64,000 bases of DNA from Minisyncoccota bacterium. GTDB taxonomy: Bacteria > Patescibacteriota > Minisyncoccia > Phycocordibacterales > VMEP01. The position numbers and the translations under genes were made by a program. The DNA lies in NCBI GenBank assembly GCA_041661305.1, contig JBAZUR010000001.1, forward strand, positions 313,986-377,985, given 5' to 3'. Each line of letters begins with the position of its first letter. The stretch's first letter is position 1. Of the stretch, positions 17,243-25,466 are shown piece after piece. The notes beneath the pieces were generated by a model. The model worked only from the letters and a program-made list of their open reading frames with translations, was not told the origin of the DNA and made no database searches.

Positions 17243-18565
17243 TTAATAATGCTCACTTATAAATCCGCGTGTTATTGTTCCAAAATTTCCCAAAGCCGGA
17301 CTAATCCCTACCCTTGCTTGAAATTCAGCCAAAGCCTCACGAGTCAAGACTCCAAAGTAAGACGTGGCACCAACTCTAGACAGAGCCACAGCAGCCGAAC
17401 CTTTGTTTTCTGAAATCAAAAACTGTTGAAGAGCTAATACATCACTACCTCTACCACCCTCCCTAAGGTTGGCTGTAATTGCTCGGACTTCTTGTCCAAT
17501 GCCACGGGAAGAAGCTCCGGGGATACAGGCAGTGCCCGTTGTTATGCTGAATTTATTTCCCGAAAAACATCCTGAGTCATTCATAGTGGTCACACTTGAA
17601 GAAACGCAATTGCGACCAGTTGTTATGCTAAATTTATTTCCAGAAAAACATCCAGAGTCGGTTTCGTTAACTGAAGATTGAGTTGTATAGGTTGTAGTTA
17701 CAGATGAAGCTGGGGTTGCAGGCACAGCAGGTGTAGCAGAAACCGTAGGAGTCACTGTTGTAACAGCTGGAATTGCTGGTGTAGCGGGAGTAGTGGAAAT
17801 AGAAACCGAAGGAATATTAACGGAATTCGCATCAAGAGTAACCGCGGTCTGTGCAAGTGCTCTACCATTTAACGTTGCGCCAGTATTCAGCACAATCGCT
17901 GTCTGGTCCAAAATATTTCCATTAAAAACGGCTCCTGTGCCGATAGTTGTCTGACCTGCTACTACCCAGAAAATATTACTGGATTGCGCTCCTCCACTTA
18001 AAATAATTTTAACGTTTGAACTAATCTCAAGATTCTGTGCTATCTGAAAAATCCAGACATCATTCGCACCACCTGAAATGGTAACGTCAGATGGTATTGT
18101 TACGCCTGTACCCCATTTGTATAATCCGGGAACAAGTGTCATTCCGCCTATGTTTCCGGCACCTAATTCAGTCGCGGTAGGATTTGTTCTACCCGCACCG
18201 TCAGTGTAGGCAGTTTCCATATTACTGATTGAGGTAGTCATATTAGATGGTGTTGGAACAGCATAATCAGAGGCATACACTTTCCCGGTAACTTGTACTG
18301 ATGTAGAAAATGCTGATGCAGAAGGAAGAATCAACCCGAATCCGGTTATAAGTGTTGCGGCTGCTGGACTAACCCCAATATCACCAACAACTAAAGTGGT
18401 GCCTGTAGTCGATATTCCAGATTTTGCCAAAATAGCAAAATTTCCAGCTGACCCAAGATTAATCACTTCAGGTCCTGCTGCAAGCACAGCTATTGGCGCT
18501 GTTCCTACAAAAACAAGGGAGACAGCCAACGCTACTGCTGATAAGTTTTCATTAATTTTTTTCAT
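17243..18565 (-). CDS. secreted DUF3494 (ice-binding-like) protein with Cys-containing tandem repeats and C-terminal PG_binding_1 domain
   Basis: Signal peptide. AGNFAILAKSGISTTGTTLVVGDIGVSPAAATLITGF matches the DUF3494 start. Two copies of DSGCFSGNKFSITTG. C-terminal LQQFLISENKG...GVLTREALAEFQ peptidoglycan-binding fold. Its stop overlaps the upstream GTG-ORF of the next gene. Confidence 0.65.
   Translation of the reverse strand: MKKINENLSAVALAVSLVFVGTAPIAVLAAGPEVINLGSAGNFAILAKSGISTTGTTLVVGDIGVSPAAATLITGFGLILPSASAFSTSVQVTGKVYASDYAVPTPSNMTTSISNMETAYTDGAGRTNPTATELGAGNIGGMTLVPGLYKWGTGVTIPSDVTISGGANDVWIFQIAQNLEISSNVKIILSGGAQSSNIFWVVAGQTTIGTGAVFNGNILDQTAIVLNTGATLNGRALAQTAVTLDANSVNIPSVSISTTPATPAIPAVTTVTPTVSATPAVPATPASSVTTTYTTQSSVNETDSGCFSGNKFSITTGRNCVSSSVTTMNDSGCFSGNKFSITTGTACIPGASSRGIGQEVRAITANLREGGRGSDVLALQQFLISENKGSAAVALSRVGATSYFGVLTREALAEFQARVGISPALGNFGTITRGFISEHY
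17530..17660 (-). repeat. tandem ~72-nt coding repeat (2 copies) inside the DUF3494 gene
   Basis: gttgttatgct(g/a)aatttatttcc(c/a)gaaaaacatcc(t/a)gagtc seen at about 17540 and 17612. Encodes DSGCFSGNKFSITTG twice. Confidence 0.6.
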
Positions 18566-18771
18566 ATATTATTTTTAAAAAAATGCTTTATTGCTTATTA
18601 AATTTGCACCATTTTTTTATTTCTATTGTTTAAAATAGTTATCTTACGCAGTGATGCCGTTTTAAACGGAAAACCATTACAGTTAATTTTACAGTTGATT
18701 TTTCGTGGCCACATAGAAAAACAGACCTTGGGCTAGGCGTAAAATTAGCCCTTTAGCAAAAGGTTAATTTA

Positions 18772-19275
18772 TTACTTAAATGATTTTAGTAATAAATTTA
18801 TATCTTCAATGATTTCATCAAGACGATGGTTAGATTTAACGTAATACTTGCTTACACCGGAATCAATATATGACTTTATTGTTTTAGGACTTGCGGCATT
18901 AGAAACAACAAAAACGGGTATTTTATTCCACCTTCCACCGTTTGCTTTAAATTTTTTAACAAAAGCAAGACCATCTTCTTCTCCTAGGAGATGATGGTCG
19001 AGCCAAACCGCATCAACTCTCTCCAAGCTTTCGATATATTTAAGAGCTTGTTCAATACTGAGCACAGTAATCGCCTTAGGAGAATTTTTTTCGAGTTTTG
19101 CATTAAAAGCTTCTTCAACACTCCGAGCAGAGATAACTCCAAAACCGCTTTTCTCAAGTTTTGCGTTTATCACCTCGAGCAAAGGTCGATCATCTTCTAT
19201 AACCAAGATTGTTTTCTTTTTACTAGAAATATCTTTTTTTTTGCTGTTAATTTCTTTTAAAGCTTTTTTAATCAT
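18772..19275 (-). CDS. single-domain response regulator (CheY-like receiver)
   Basis: KKTILVIEDDRPLLEV ... VDAVWLDHHLLGEEDGLAFVKKFK ... IPVFVVSN. No output domain. Confidence 0.7.
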   Translation of the reverse strand: MIKKALKEINSKKKDISSKKKTILVIEDDRPLLEVINAKLEKSGFGVISARSVEEAFNAKLEKNSPKAITVLSIEQALKYIESLERVDAVWLDHHLLGEEDGLAFVKKFKANGGRWNKIPVFVVSNAASPKTIKSYIDSGVSKYYVKSNHRLDEIIEDINLLLKSFK

Positions 19276-19310
19276 GTGTTTTTGTATACTGAGTTATGAA
19301 TATTGATAAT

Positions 19311-21092
19311 TTATTTTGCATACCTATTCCCCCTTTTTTTAGCTCCTAGTAATGGTAGTGTTACATAAAAAGTAGTACCGCTATCTCCTACCCCTAAAGA
19401 TTTAAACCAAATCTTTCCTCCAGAATTTTCAACAATAGATTTTGCAATATAAAGACCGAGCCCTGTTCCATCAGTATCCTTATTTCTAACATTATCTGCC
19501 CTAAACAACTTGGTGAATATCTTGTCTTGTTGATTCTTTGGAATGCCATAACCTGTGTCGAGAATTTTTAAAAGAATATTTCCTTTCCCTGACCAAGAAA
19601 GAGACATTGCAATTTTTCCTCCATCTGGTGTGTACTTCACAGCGTTTGATAAAATATTTTGCACCACCATTCGCAAATGCTTTGGATCTGCCTGTATAAC
19701 TCCGACATTCTTCTCTGAAGAGAAAGAGAATGATATTTTTTTTATATTAATCTGTGGTTTTTGTTCATCTATGACACTTTGAGCAAGTTTACTTATATCT
19801 ACTGATTCTGGTTCGACGATAAACGTACCGAGTTCCAAAGAAGAAACGTCTAAGAGTGCATTTACCAACTCAACCATGCGTTGATTACTTTTATAAACCT
19901 CATCAAGATATTTTTTTTGTTTATCATTTAATTCTCCTACGTCACCCGCCAAAAGCATTTCAGCATACCAATTAACAGTAGATAACGGCGTGCGAAGCTG
20001 GTGACTAGCAAGAGAGACGAACTCCGTCTTAGCTTTATCTATTTCTCTCTCAGATGTTATGTCCCTAAAAATTTTAATTGCGCCTATCACCTTTCCTTTG
20101 AGAATAACGGGGGTCGCCATAACAGACATGGGAAATTTTGTTTTATCCTTTCTCCTATAATAATAAGTGGAAACGGAGGTAGTTGTGTTATCGTCCAAAA
20201 TTGTTTTTGCCTGATATTGCTCTAAAAAAACAAGAAATCCTTTTTCGTTCTCAAGGAGAATAGTATCGGAAAAAATTTTTCCAATAGTCTCCTCTCTCTT
20301 TTTGCCAAACAGCTTTTCGGCTGTTTTGTTCATTATTATAATAATTCCCTTCTCGTCGGTAACAAGAAGACCGTCACCAATTGACAGTAATATTGCTTCC
20401 TCTTTCACTCTAGCCATTTCTAAATCTTTAGTACGCTCGAGAACTTTATGTTCTAGTGTTTCGTGTGATTTTTTAAGCTTTTTAGCAATCACCGCGAGTT
20501 TACGTCTAGCGTCTTCTTTTTCCTTTGCTGTTACGGCGAGTTTACGTCTAACGCTTTCCCTCTCCTCAGCTGTTGCAGCAAGTTTAGTGGCTGTTACCAA
20601 AAGATTACGGCGAACGTCTTCTTTCTCTTCGGCGGTCACTGCGAGTTTACGGCGAACGTCTTCTTTCTCTTCGGCGGTCACTGCGAGCTTCCCTGCTGTT
20701 ATTGCTAACTTCGCCGCAGTTACTACTAGTTTTGCGGCTGTAACTTCTAGTTTTCTTCGAACAACCTCTTTTTCTTTTGCTGTTGCAGCGAGTTCTTTTG
20801 CTGTGACAGCTAATTTTTCTGCTGTTATTTCTAGTTTGCGCCGAACAACCTCTTTTTCCTTTGCTGTTGCAGCGAGTTTTTCTGCTGTTGCAGCGAGTTC
20901 TTTTGCTGTTATCTCTAGTTTACGTCGAACAATTTCCCTCTCCCTAGCTGTTGTGGCAAGTTTCTTGGCCGTCTCGGCGAGCTCCTTTGCCGTTATCTCC
21001 AGTTTACGTCGAACAACCTCTTTTTCCTTGGCTAGAACCTTAAGGTTTCGAATTATTTCATTGGATACTGAGGTTATAACTTTTTTTTTCAT
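19311..21092 (-). CDS. sensor histidine kinase (cytoplasmic), N-terminal repeat-rich coiled coil plus PAS, HisKA and HATPase_c
   Basis: About 200 aa of tandem KEKEVVRRKLEITAKELAATA-type repeats. PAS (ILLSIGDGLLVTDEKGIIIIMN). H-box VSLASHQLRTPLSTV. N and G boxes (QNILSNAVKYTPDGG, DTGYGI...GTGLGLYIAKSIVE). No TM segment. Confidence 0.8.
   Translation of the reverse strand: MKKKVITSVSNEIIRNLKVLAKEKEVVRRKLEITAKELAETAKKLATTAREREIVRRKLEITAKELAATAEKLAATAKEKEVVRRKLEITAEKLAVTAKELAATAKEKEVVRRKLEVTAAKLVVTAAKLAITAGKLAVTAEEKEDVRRKLAVTAEEKEDVRRNLLVTATKLAATAEERESVRRKLAVTAKEKEDARRKLAVIAKKLKKSHETLEHKVLERTKDLEMARVKEEAILLSIGDGLLVTDEKGIIIIMNKTAEKLFGKKREETIGKIFSDTILLENEKGFLVFLEQYQAKTILDDNTTTSVSTYYYRRKDKTKFPMSVMATPVILKGKVIGAIKIFRDITSEREIDKAKTEFVSLASHQLRTPLSTVNWYAEMLLAGDVGELNDKQKKYLDEVYKSNQRMVELVNALLDVSSLELGTFIVEPESVDISKLAQSVIDEQKPQINIKKISFSFSSEKNVGVIQADPKHLRMVVQNILSNAVKYTPDGGKIAMSLSWSGKGNILLKILDTGYGIPKNQQDKIFTKLFRADNVRNKDTDGTGLGLYIAKSIVENSGGKIWFKSLGVGDSGTTFYVTLPLLGAKKRGNRYAK
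20440..21060 (-). repeat. degenerate tandem coding repeat array in the HK gene, including a perfect 42-nt x2 duplication (20606-20689)
   Basis: ttacggcgaacgtcttctttctcttcggcggtcactgcgagt repeats exactly at 20606 and 20648. Surrounding units run at 80-90% identity. Confidence 0.7.
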
Positions 21093-21099
21093 AAAATTT

Positions 21100-21483
21100 T
21101 TAAATTTCCAGTATTTCTTCTATTTTCTTCACAATAGCATGGAGCTTCCAGTCAGATTTTATTAAATAATGTGTTAATTTATGAACTAGTAAATCGTCTA
21201 CAAACTGTTCGTTGGGGCCACTTAAATTGGTTAAAATAATAATTGGCACCTTCTCTCCCCATTTATCTTTTCTGATGTTCTTTAAGGCCGTTATGCCGTC
21301 CATTTCAGGCATAATAAGATCGAGTAAGATAAGGTCTGGGTGTTTTGAGAGCGCCAAAACCACACCTTCTTTTCCATTTCTAGCCTCAATTGATAGAAAA
21401 TTTTTAATATGAAGAATATCAACTATTGCGCTGCGGAGACTTTTTTCATCCTCGATTATTAGTATCGTTTTTTGTTTTTTCAT
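21100..21483 (-). CDS. single-domain response regulator (CheY-like receiver)
   Basis: MKKQKTILIIEDEKSLRS...LILLDLIMPEMDGITALKNIRK...VPIIILTN. Start taken at the internal Met. The ORF track extends to 21609 with a non-homologous leader. Confidence 0.7.
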   Translation of the reverse strand: MKKQKTILIIEDEKSLRSAIVDILHIKNFLSIEARNGKEGVVLALSKHPDLILLDLIMPEMDGITALKNIRKDKWGEKVPIIILTNLSGPNEQFVDDLLVHKLTHYLIKSDWKLHAIVKKIEEILEI

Positions 21484-21611
21484 AATATTTTCTCTATACA
21501 CATGAGCCGAACAAGAACGAAAACCATTACAACAAAACAAAGAGGGCGCAAAAAAACCTTTTTGGTAATTTTCCAAAAAGATTTTTTTGTTTAACCTAAA
21601 TCTCTCCAATA

Positions 21612-22301
21612 CTATTGATTAGTATAAAAAGAAGAAGGTGGGGTTATACTTGCGTTGTTTGACGAATCTAGTACTTCAACCAAGTAATAATACCTAGTAT
21701 TTGGACTAAGACCGTTTATGTTTACGTTATGATACGTTTTTGAGGCGCCATCATATTGTGCCAAGATACCACTTACACCAGGCTCAACAGAATGAATGCC
21801 GGTCTGGTCAAAGGTGTTACTTAGCATAATTGGTGAAGTGCTGTAGTAAACCTTCCCACGAGCCAGACTGTCGGTATTCCAACTGACAGAGGCACTTGTA
21901 TTAGTGGTGGTGATGTTTAAGCTGGTAATAAGTGGTGCAACTAAGTCTGCCCCAACACTTATACCACCAACCATCTGAGCATTAAGGACCGAAAGCGTTA
22001 TCGGACCAACTCTACCGACAGTATCAATGCCGTTACGCGCCTGGAAATTCGATACGGCAGACTTTGTTAGAGGACCAAAATACCCAGTCACGAGACCTTG
22101 GGGGTAAATAGTTTGATCCAAAGCCAAGAATGTCTGAAGGGCGGAAACATCCGACCCACTCATTCCAATTTCCAACTGACGGTTTAGCGTTTCTGCTTGC
22201 GCAAACAAAGGCGTGCTGATAATTACTGCTGCTGACAAAATTATTCCCGCCTCCAAAAGAAAGCGATTCAATATTTCTGTGTAATTTATAGTTTTAGACA
22301 T
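21612..22301 (-). CDS. secreted protein with PG_binding_1 and fibronectin-III-like domains
   Basis: Signal peptide. MSGSDVSALQTFLALDQ...GYFGPLTKSAVSNFQ (PG-binding). SVSWNTDSLARGKVYY...GLSPNTRYYYLVEV (FN3-like). Confidence 0.6.
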   Translation of the reverse strand: MSKTINYTEILNRFLLEAGIILSAAVIISTPLFAQAETLNRQLEIGMSGSDVSALQTFLALDQTIYPQGLVTGYFGPLTKSAVSNFQARNGIDTVGRVGPITLSVLNAQMVGGISVGADLVAPLITSLNITTTNTSASVSWNTDSLARGKVYYSTSPIMLSNTFDQTGIHSVEPGVSGILAQYDGASKTYHNVNINGLSPNTRYYYLVEVLDSSNNASITPPSSFYTNQ

Positions 22302-22444
22302 ATTTTTTTTATTATTGTTATTAATTTAAGCTTCTAAATAATCGTTCGACCTGAAAACTACCCTCACTACAATAATTGCCGTTTATATATCTAACCGATT
22401 ACAGGTTGTACTGATTAAAAAATAAATAAACTAGCAAATTAATG

Positions 22445-22789
22445 TTACAGATGCTTTTTAATATGGTTCCATGAACGCTTTGCCTCCTTAACAAGAATCT
22501 TTTCTTCTGCAATGGAAAGTTTTTTTGCTTTGGCATATTTCTTAACACTTTGATCAACAAGAGTGTTGTATTCTGACTCGCCAAGATTTTTTAACTTCTT
22601 CACTTGCGGTGCCATATAACGATAGAAATCTCCGGAAAGTTTCTTGATATCAGTTCCTATTTTCTTCCCTGCTTCTGACGTTATAAGTATTCCAGCCACA
22701 ACACCGAGCACTGCCCCTACCAAAGCCCCTTCTAAAAGTTTTCCACTATTTCCTTTTGTGTTTTTTTTATTAACTATTTTTTTGTTCAT
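22445..22789 (-). CDS. YtxH-like small membrane protein
   Basis: GALVGAVLGVVAGILITSEAGKKIGTDIKK glycine-zipper TM followed by a Lys-rich helix. YtxH/DUF948 pattern. Confidence 0.5.
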   Translation of the reverse strand: MNKKIVNKKNTKGNSGKLLEGALVGAVLGVVAGILITSEAGKKIGTDIKKLSGDFYRYMAPQVKKLKNLGESEYNTLVDQSVKKYAKAKKLSIAEEKILVKEAKRSWNHIKKHL

Positions 22790-22795
22790 TTTTTA

Positions 22796-23092
22796 TTATT
22801 TACTATATTTCTTATTAATTACTTTTACACGACCTTCCTTTACGTATTTTGACGGACGCTTCCTAAAAAAATATGAAAGTACTGGCAGTTCTGAAAGTCT
22901 TTCTAGGGCTTCGCTTATCCTCTCCCCCACTTCCGACGAAACATTAGTAATGTTGTCGGAAATCTTTTTAAGATCTTGGGCTACGCTTACTAGGTGATAC
23001 GCAATAACAGTCATCAAAACTCCAACTACCATTACGGCCAAAGAAATTGTTAGATTGAAAACTATTTCGGAGAAAATAAGTACTGTTTCCAT
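22796..23092 (-). CDS. hypothetical small membrane protein (DUF948-like)
   Basis: Single N-terminal TM (LTISLAVMVVGVLMTVIAYHL) followed by a coiled-coil-like segment. Adjacent to the YtxH-like gene. Confidence 0.4.
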   Translation of the reverse strand: METVLIFSEIVFNLTISLAVMVVGVLMTVIAYHLVSVAQDLKKISDNITNVSSEVGERISEALERLSELPVLSYFFRKRPSKYVKEGRVKVINKKYSK

Positions 23093-23327
23093 GTTAACAA
23101 TGCCGACCAAACCGCCTACTTGTTACACTTGATATAATCAACACAACGTGGTACTATTTGGGTAAGATATTCTATTCCACTGGGTGCCATGTAATGTCAC
23201 ACAGCTATCGTTTCCACAAAAAGAACTGGCCCGCAACCAAACACGACAACAAACTCAGTACCCGTCGTAATCTTGATGTAATGAAACAAACCAAGAAACG
23301 TCATAGGTTGTAACTACTTAAACTAAA

Positions 23328-23843
23328 ATGAATAAAAAGGAAACAGCCCAACAACAAAGAGCGCTAACTTTAGCGCATGGAGAATACGAGAAAGGTCTTA
23401 ACTCGCATGCGTTTTTTAAAACGCATAGCCATGAGATTGGCGAGGATTTAGTTCAAGACACCTTCATGAAGACGTGGGCGTATCTGGTTAAAGGGGGAAA
23501 AATTGATGTGATGAAGGCCTTCCTTTACCACGTCCTAAATAATCTAATAGTAGACGAGTATCGCAAACATAAAACAACTTCTCTTGATGTTCTCACGGAA
23601 AAAGGTTTTGACCCAGGAAACAATGACTCAGCAGAACTTCTTGCAAATGCACTAGACGGTAAGGCGGCGCTTTTACTAATACAACTACTCCCAGAAACAT
23701 ATCGAAAAGTTATGAACATGAGGTATGTGCAAGATCTTTCACTTGAAGAAATATCCATCCTAACCGGAAAAACGAAAAATGCTGTTGCTGTTCAGTTACA
23801 TCGTGGCCTTGAAAAATTTAAAATACTATATGGCCACGCCTAA
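23328..23843 (+). CDS. ECF-type sigma-70 family RNA polymerase sigma factor
   Basis: Region 2 (DLVQDTFMKTWAYL) and region 4 HTH (LSLEEISILTGKTKNAVAVQLHRGLEKFK). 171 aa. No obvious anti-sigma partner. Confidence 0.7.
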   Translation: MNKKETAQQQRALTLAHGEYEKGLNSHAFFKTHSHEIGEDLVQDTFMKTWAYLVKGGKIDVMKAFLYHVLNNLIVDEYRKHKTTSLDVLTEKGFDPGNNDSAELLANALDGKAALLLIQLLPETYRKVMNMRYVQDLSLEEISILTGKTKNAVAVQLHRGLEKFKILYGHA

Positions 23844-23920
23844 TTTATATTTTTACAAATATCGTGTAATGAATTAACTAGGGACACGTCATTAGTGTAT
23901 TACCGATAATTTTTTTAAAT

Positions 23921-24055
23921 ATGCTTCAAACAACTATAATCGTTTTACTCATTCTCTGGTTACTTGGCTTCAGTTTTAATCTAGGTGGCGACCTTATTCA
24001 CACACTCCTTGTCATCGCAATCATTGCTTTTATTGTTCGCTTACTTTCAAATTAA
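23921..24055 (+). CDS. lmo0937-family small hydrophobic membrane protein (44 aa)
   Basis: MLQTTIIVLLILWLLGFSFNLGGDLIHTLLVIAIIAFIVRLLSN. Two-TM mini-protein pattern (WLLG ... GGxLIHxLLViAii). Below the ORF-track size cut-off. Followed by a strong terminator. Confidence 0.5.
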   Translation: MLQTTIIVLLILWLLGFSFNLGGDLIHTLLVIAIIAFIVRLLSN

Positions 24056-24076
24056 ACTCTTCGTTAGAATTTCATT

Positions 24077-24116
24077 ACAACAAAAAACTAGCACAATTTG
24101 TGCTAGTTTTTTGTTG
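24077..24116. terminator. rho-independent (bidirectional) terminator
   Basis: A-tract, perfect stem CTAGCAC/GTGCTAG, then T-tract (acaacaaaaaaCTAGCACaatttGTGCTAGttttttgttgt). Confidence 0.6.
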
Positions 24117-24128
24117 TAAATTTATTGG

Positions 24129-24166
24129 AGCCGCCTCTCGGATTTGAACCGAGGACCCTCGCTTTA
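24129..24166 (-). repeat. partial duplicate of the tRNA-Thr 3' half (T-arm plus acceptor 3' strand, with encoded CCA)
   Basis: 38-nt identity with 24229-24266, exactly 100 bp away. No matching 5' half. Confidence 0.7.
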
Positions 24167-24228
24167 TCCCGGTAGTAAAAATTATTTACAACGGGACAAG
24201 CAAACGCTAATTCTGTTCACTCCATCAG

Positions 24229-24300
24229 AGCCGCCTCTCGGATTTGAACCGAGGACCCTCGCTTTACAAAAGCGACGCTCTACCACTGAGCTAAGGCGGC
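24229..24300 (-). tRNA. tRNA-Thr (anticodon UGU)
   Basis: Manual fold: GCCGCCT-TA-GCTC-AGTGGTA-GAGC-G-TCGCT-TTTGTAA-AGCGA-GGGTC-CTCGG-TTCAAAT-CCGAG-AGGCGGC-T. 72 nt. CCA not encoded. Confidence 0.85.
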
Positions 24301-24349
24301 TCTGATGGAACCAACTGCCTGCCCCGTAGCGAGTCTTCTCTGCTACTGG

Positions 24350-24363
24350 GGAGCTAAGGCGGC
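24350..24363 (-). repeat. partial duplicate of the tRNA-Thr 5' end (14 nt) followed by a 9-bp hairpin (24306-24346)
   Basis: gagctaaggcggct repeats the tRNA 5' end. Adjacent CCCCAGTAGC-loop-GCTACGGGG hairpin. Confidence 0.5.
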
Positions 24364-24435
24364 TAATGCAATCACTAGGCTTGTTTGCCCAAACATTTTT
24401 ACACACAAAATGTTTTAGAGCAATTGTCTAAAAAA

Positions 24436-24825
24436 CTACTTCAATTCTCCGTTACGGAAACTATCCCTATGATTGGATATATCCTTAAGAAAAAATGAAG
24501 CTGACCCCCTTTCTCCATCTTCTCCGCTAACTGGCGGAATAGACATCGAAAAGTGTTCTACTCTCTCTTCAATAAACTTTTTCGCTATGTGATAAAAGTT
24601 TATTGAAATTCGAGAAAAAGCAGATGACATCTTTTGTAACTTACCAAGGATAAATGCTGAAAAACTTTCCCAGGCTTTTTCCCATTCAAACACCGACAAA
24701 AGATCTTCAACTCTACATTCTTCACCACTTAATATTTTACCCCTCCTAATGCTCCACACCCTAAAAAGAACCATCCCCGAGATGGCGGAAGCAAAAACCA
24801 AAGAAAATATAGCCGGTAAAATCAT
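24436..24825 (-). CDS. hypothetical small membrane protein
   Basis: N-terminal TM (ILPAIFSLVFASAISGMVLF). No recognisable motifs. Confidence 0.35.
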   Translation of the reverse strand: MILPAIFSLVFASAISGMVLFRVWSIRRGKILSGEECRVEDLLSVFEWEKAWESFSAFILGKLQKMSSAFSRISINFYHIAKKFIEERVEHFSMSIPPVSGEDGERGSASFFLKDISNHRDSFRNGELK

Positions 24826-24845
24826 ATATACCTATGTCAATAATA

Positions 24846-25439
24846 CTACCTAACTGTGGAAAAACGTGCAAAGCGTGCAATTTCAATACGCTCCCCAAAT
24901 TTCTGAACTGCCTCATCCACCAATGCTCCAACAGTAACATCACCATTCTTTACAAAAGGCTGTTCAAGTAGAGCCCTCTCTGCAAAGTATGTATTTAATT
25001 TACCCAAAACAACCTTCTCCTTAACAACAGGATCATTCTTACCAGCAGCTAGAGCCTCTTCAGTAAATACTTTTTTTAAGTCTTCGATAACTTCCTCGGA
25101 GATATCCTCACGTCGAACAAACTCTGGATTTGCTGCCGCAACATGCATTGCAATGTCATAGGCAAGTTTCTTAAACTCTTCGTTTTTTGAAACGAAGTCA
25201 GTTTCAGAAGAAAGCTCAACCATTGAACCAACAGAACCACCTAAGTGAATGTATGACTGAACAGTGCCAGAACCCAAAGTCCTGTCACCTTTCTTTCCGG
25301 CAATATCTTTACTTTTTCTTTTTAAGATTTCAATTGCCTTTTCTTTGTCTCCCTCTGCTTCCTCGAGAGCTTTTTTACACTGCATAACGGAAACACCTGT
25401 TATGTCGCGCAATTCCTTAACTTGATCCATTGTTACCAT
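24846..25439 (-). CDS. tsf: translation elongation factor Ts (short form)
   Basis: VKELRDITGVSVMQCKKALEEAEGDKEKAIEILKRK N-terminal UBA-like signature. Directly downstream of rpsB. Confidence 0.9.
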   Translation of the reverse strand: MVTMDQVKELRDITGVSVMQCKKALEEAEGDKEKAIEILKRKSKDIAGKKGDRTLGSGTVQSYIHLGGSVGSMVELSSETDFVSKNEEFKKLAYDIAMHVAAANPEFVRREDISEEVIEDLKKVFTEEALAAGKNDPVVKEKVVLGKLNTYFAERALLEQPFVKNGDVTVGALVDEAVQKFGERIEIARFARFSTVR

Positions 25440-25466
25440 GGTTTTAAAAAAGAACTTATGAGTAAA

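Noticed and set aside
15349-17256. GTG-initiated 13-aa N-terminal extension (MSIIKAIIKYYKK) on the DUF3494/DUF11 protein
   Set aside because: The downstream ATG gives a textbook signal peptide (MKKLKNNLIAVAV...). The extension would overlap the stop of the upstream gene and starts with GTG.
20302-21165. 287-aa plus-strand ORF antisense to the histidine-kinase repeat region
   Set aside because: Low-complexity Ser/Ala/Phe-rich translation of the reverse strand of a coding tandem repeat. A typical repeat-induced artifact.
24306-24365. Possible second tRNA or split/permuted tRNA formed by the 5' and 3' fragments
   Set aside because: The fragments lack the D-arm 3' strand, anticodon arm and anticodon. 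No cloverleaf can be folded. Treated as partial duplicates or att-like scars instead.
24182-24406. 74-aa minus-strand ORF across the tRNA-Thr locus
   Set aside because: Overlaps the tRNA gene and its fragment copies. Cys/Arg-rich nonsense translation.
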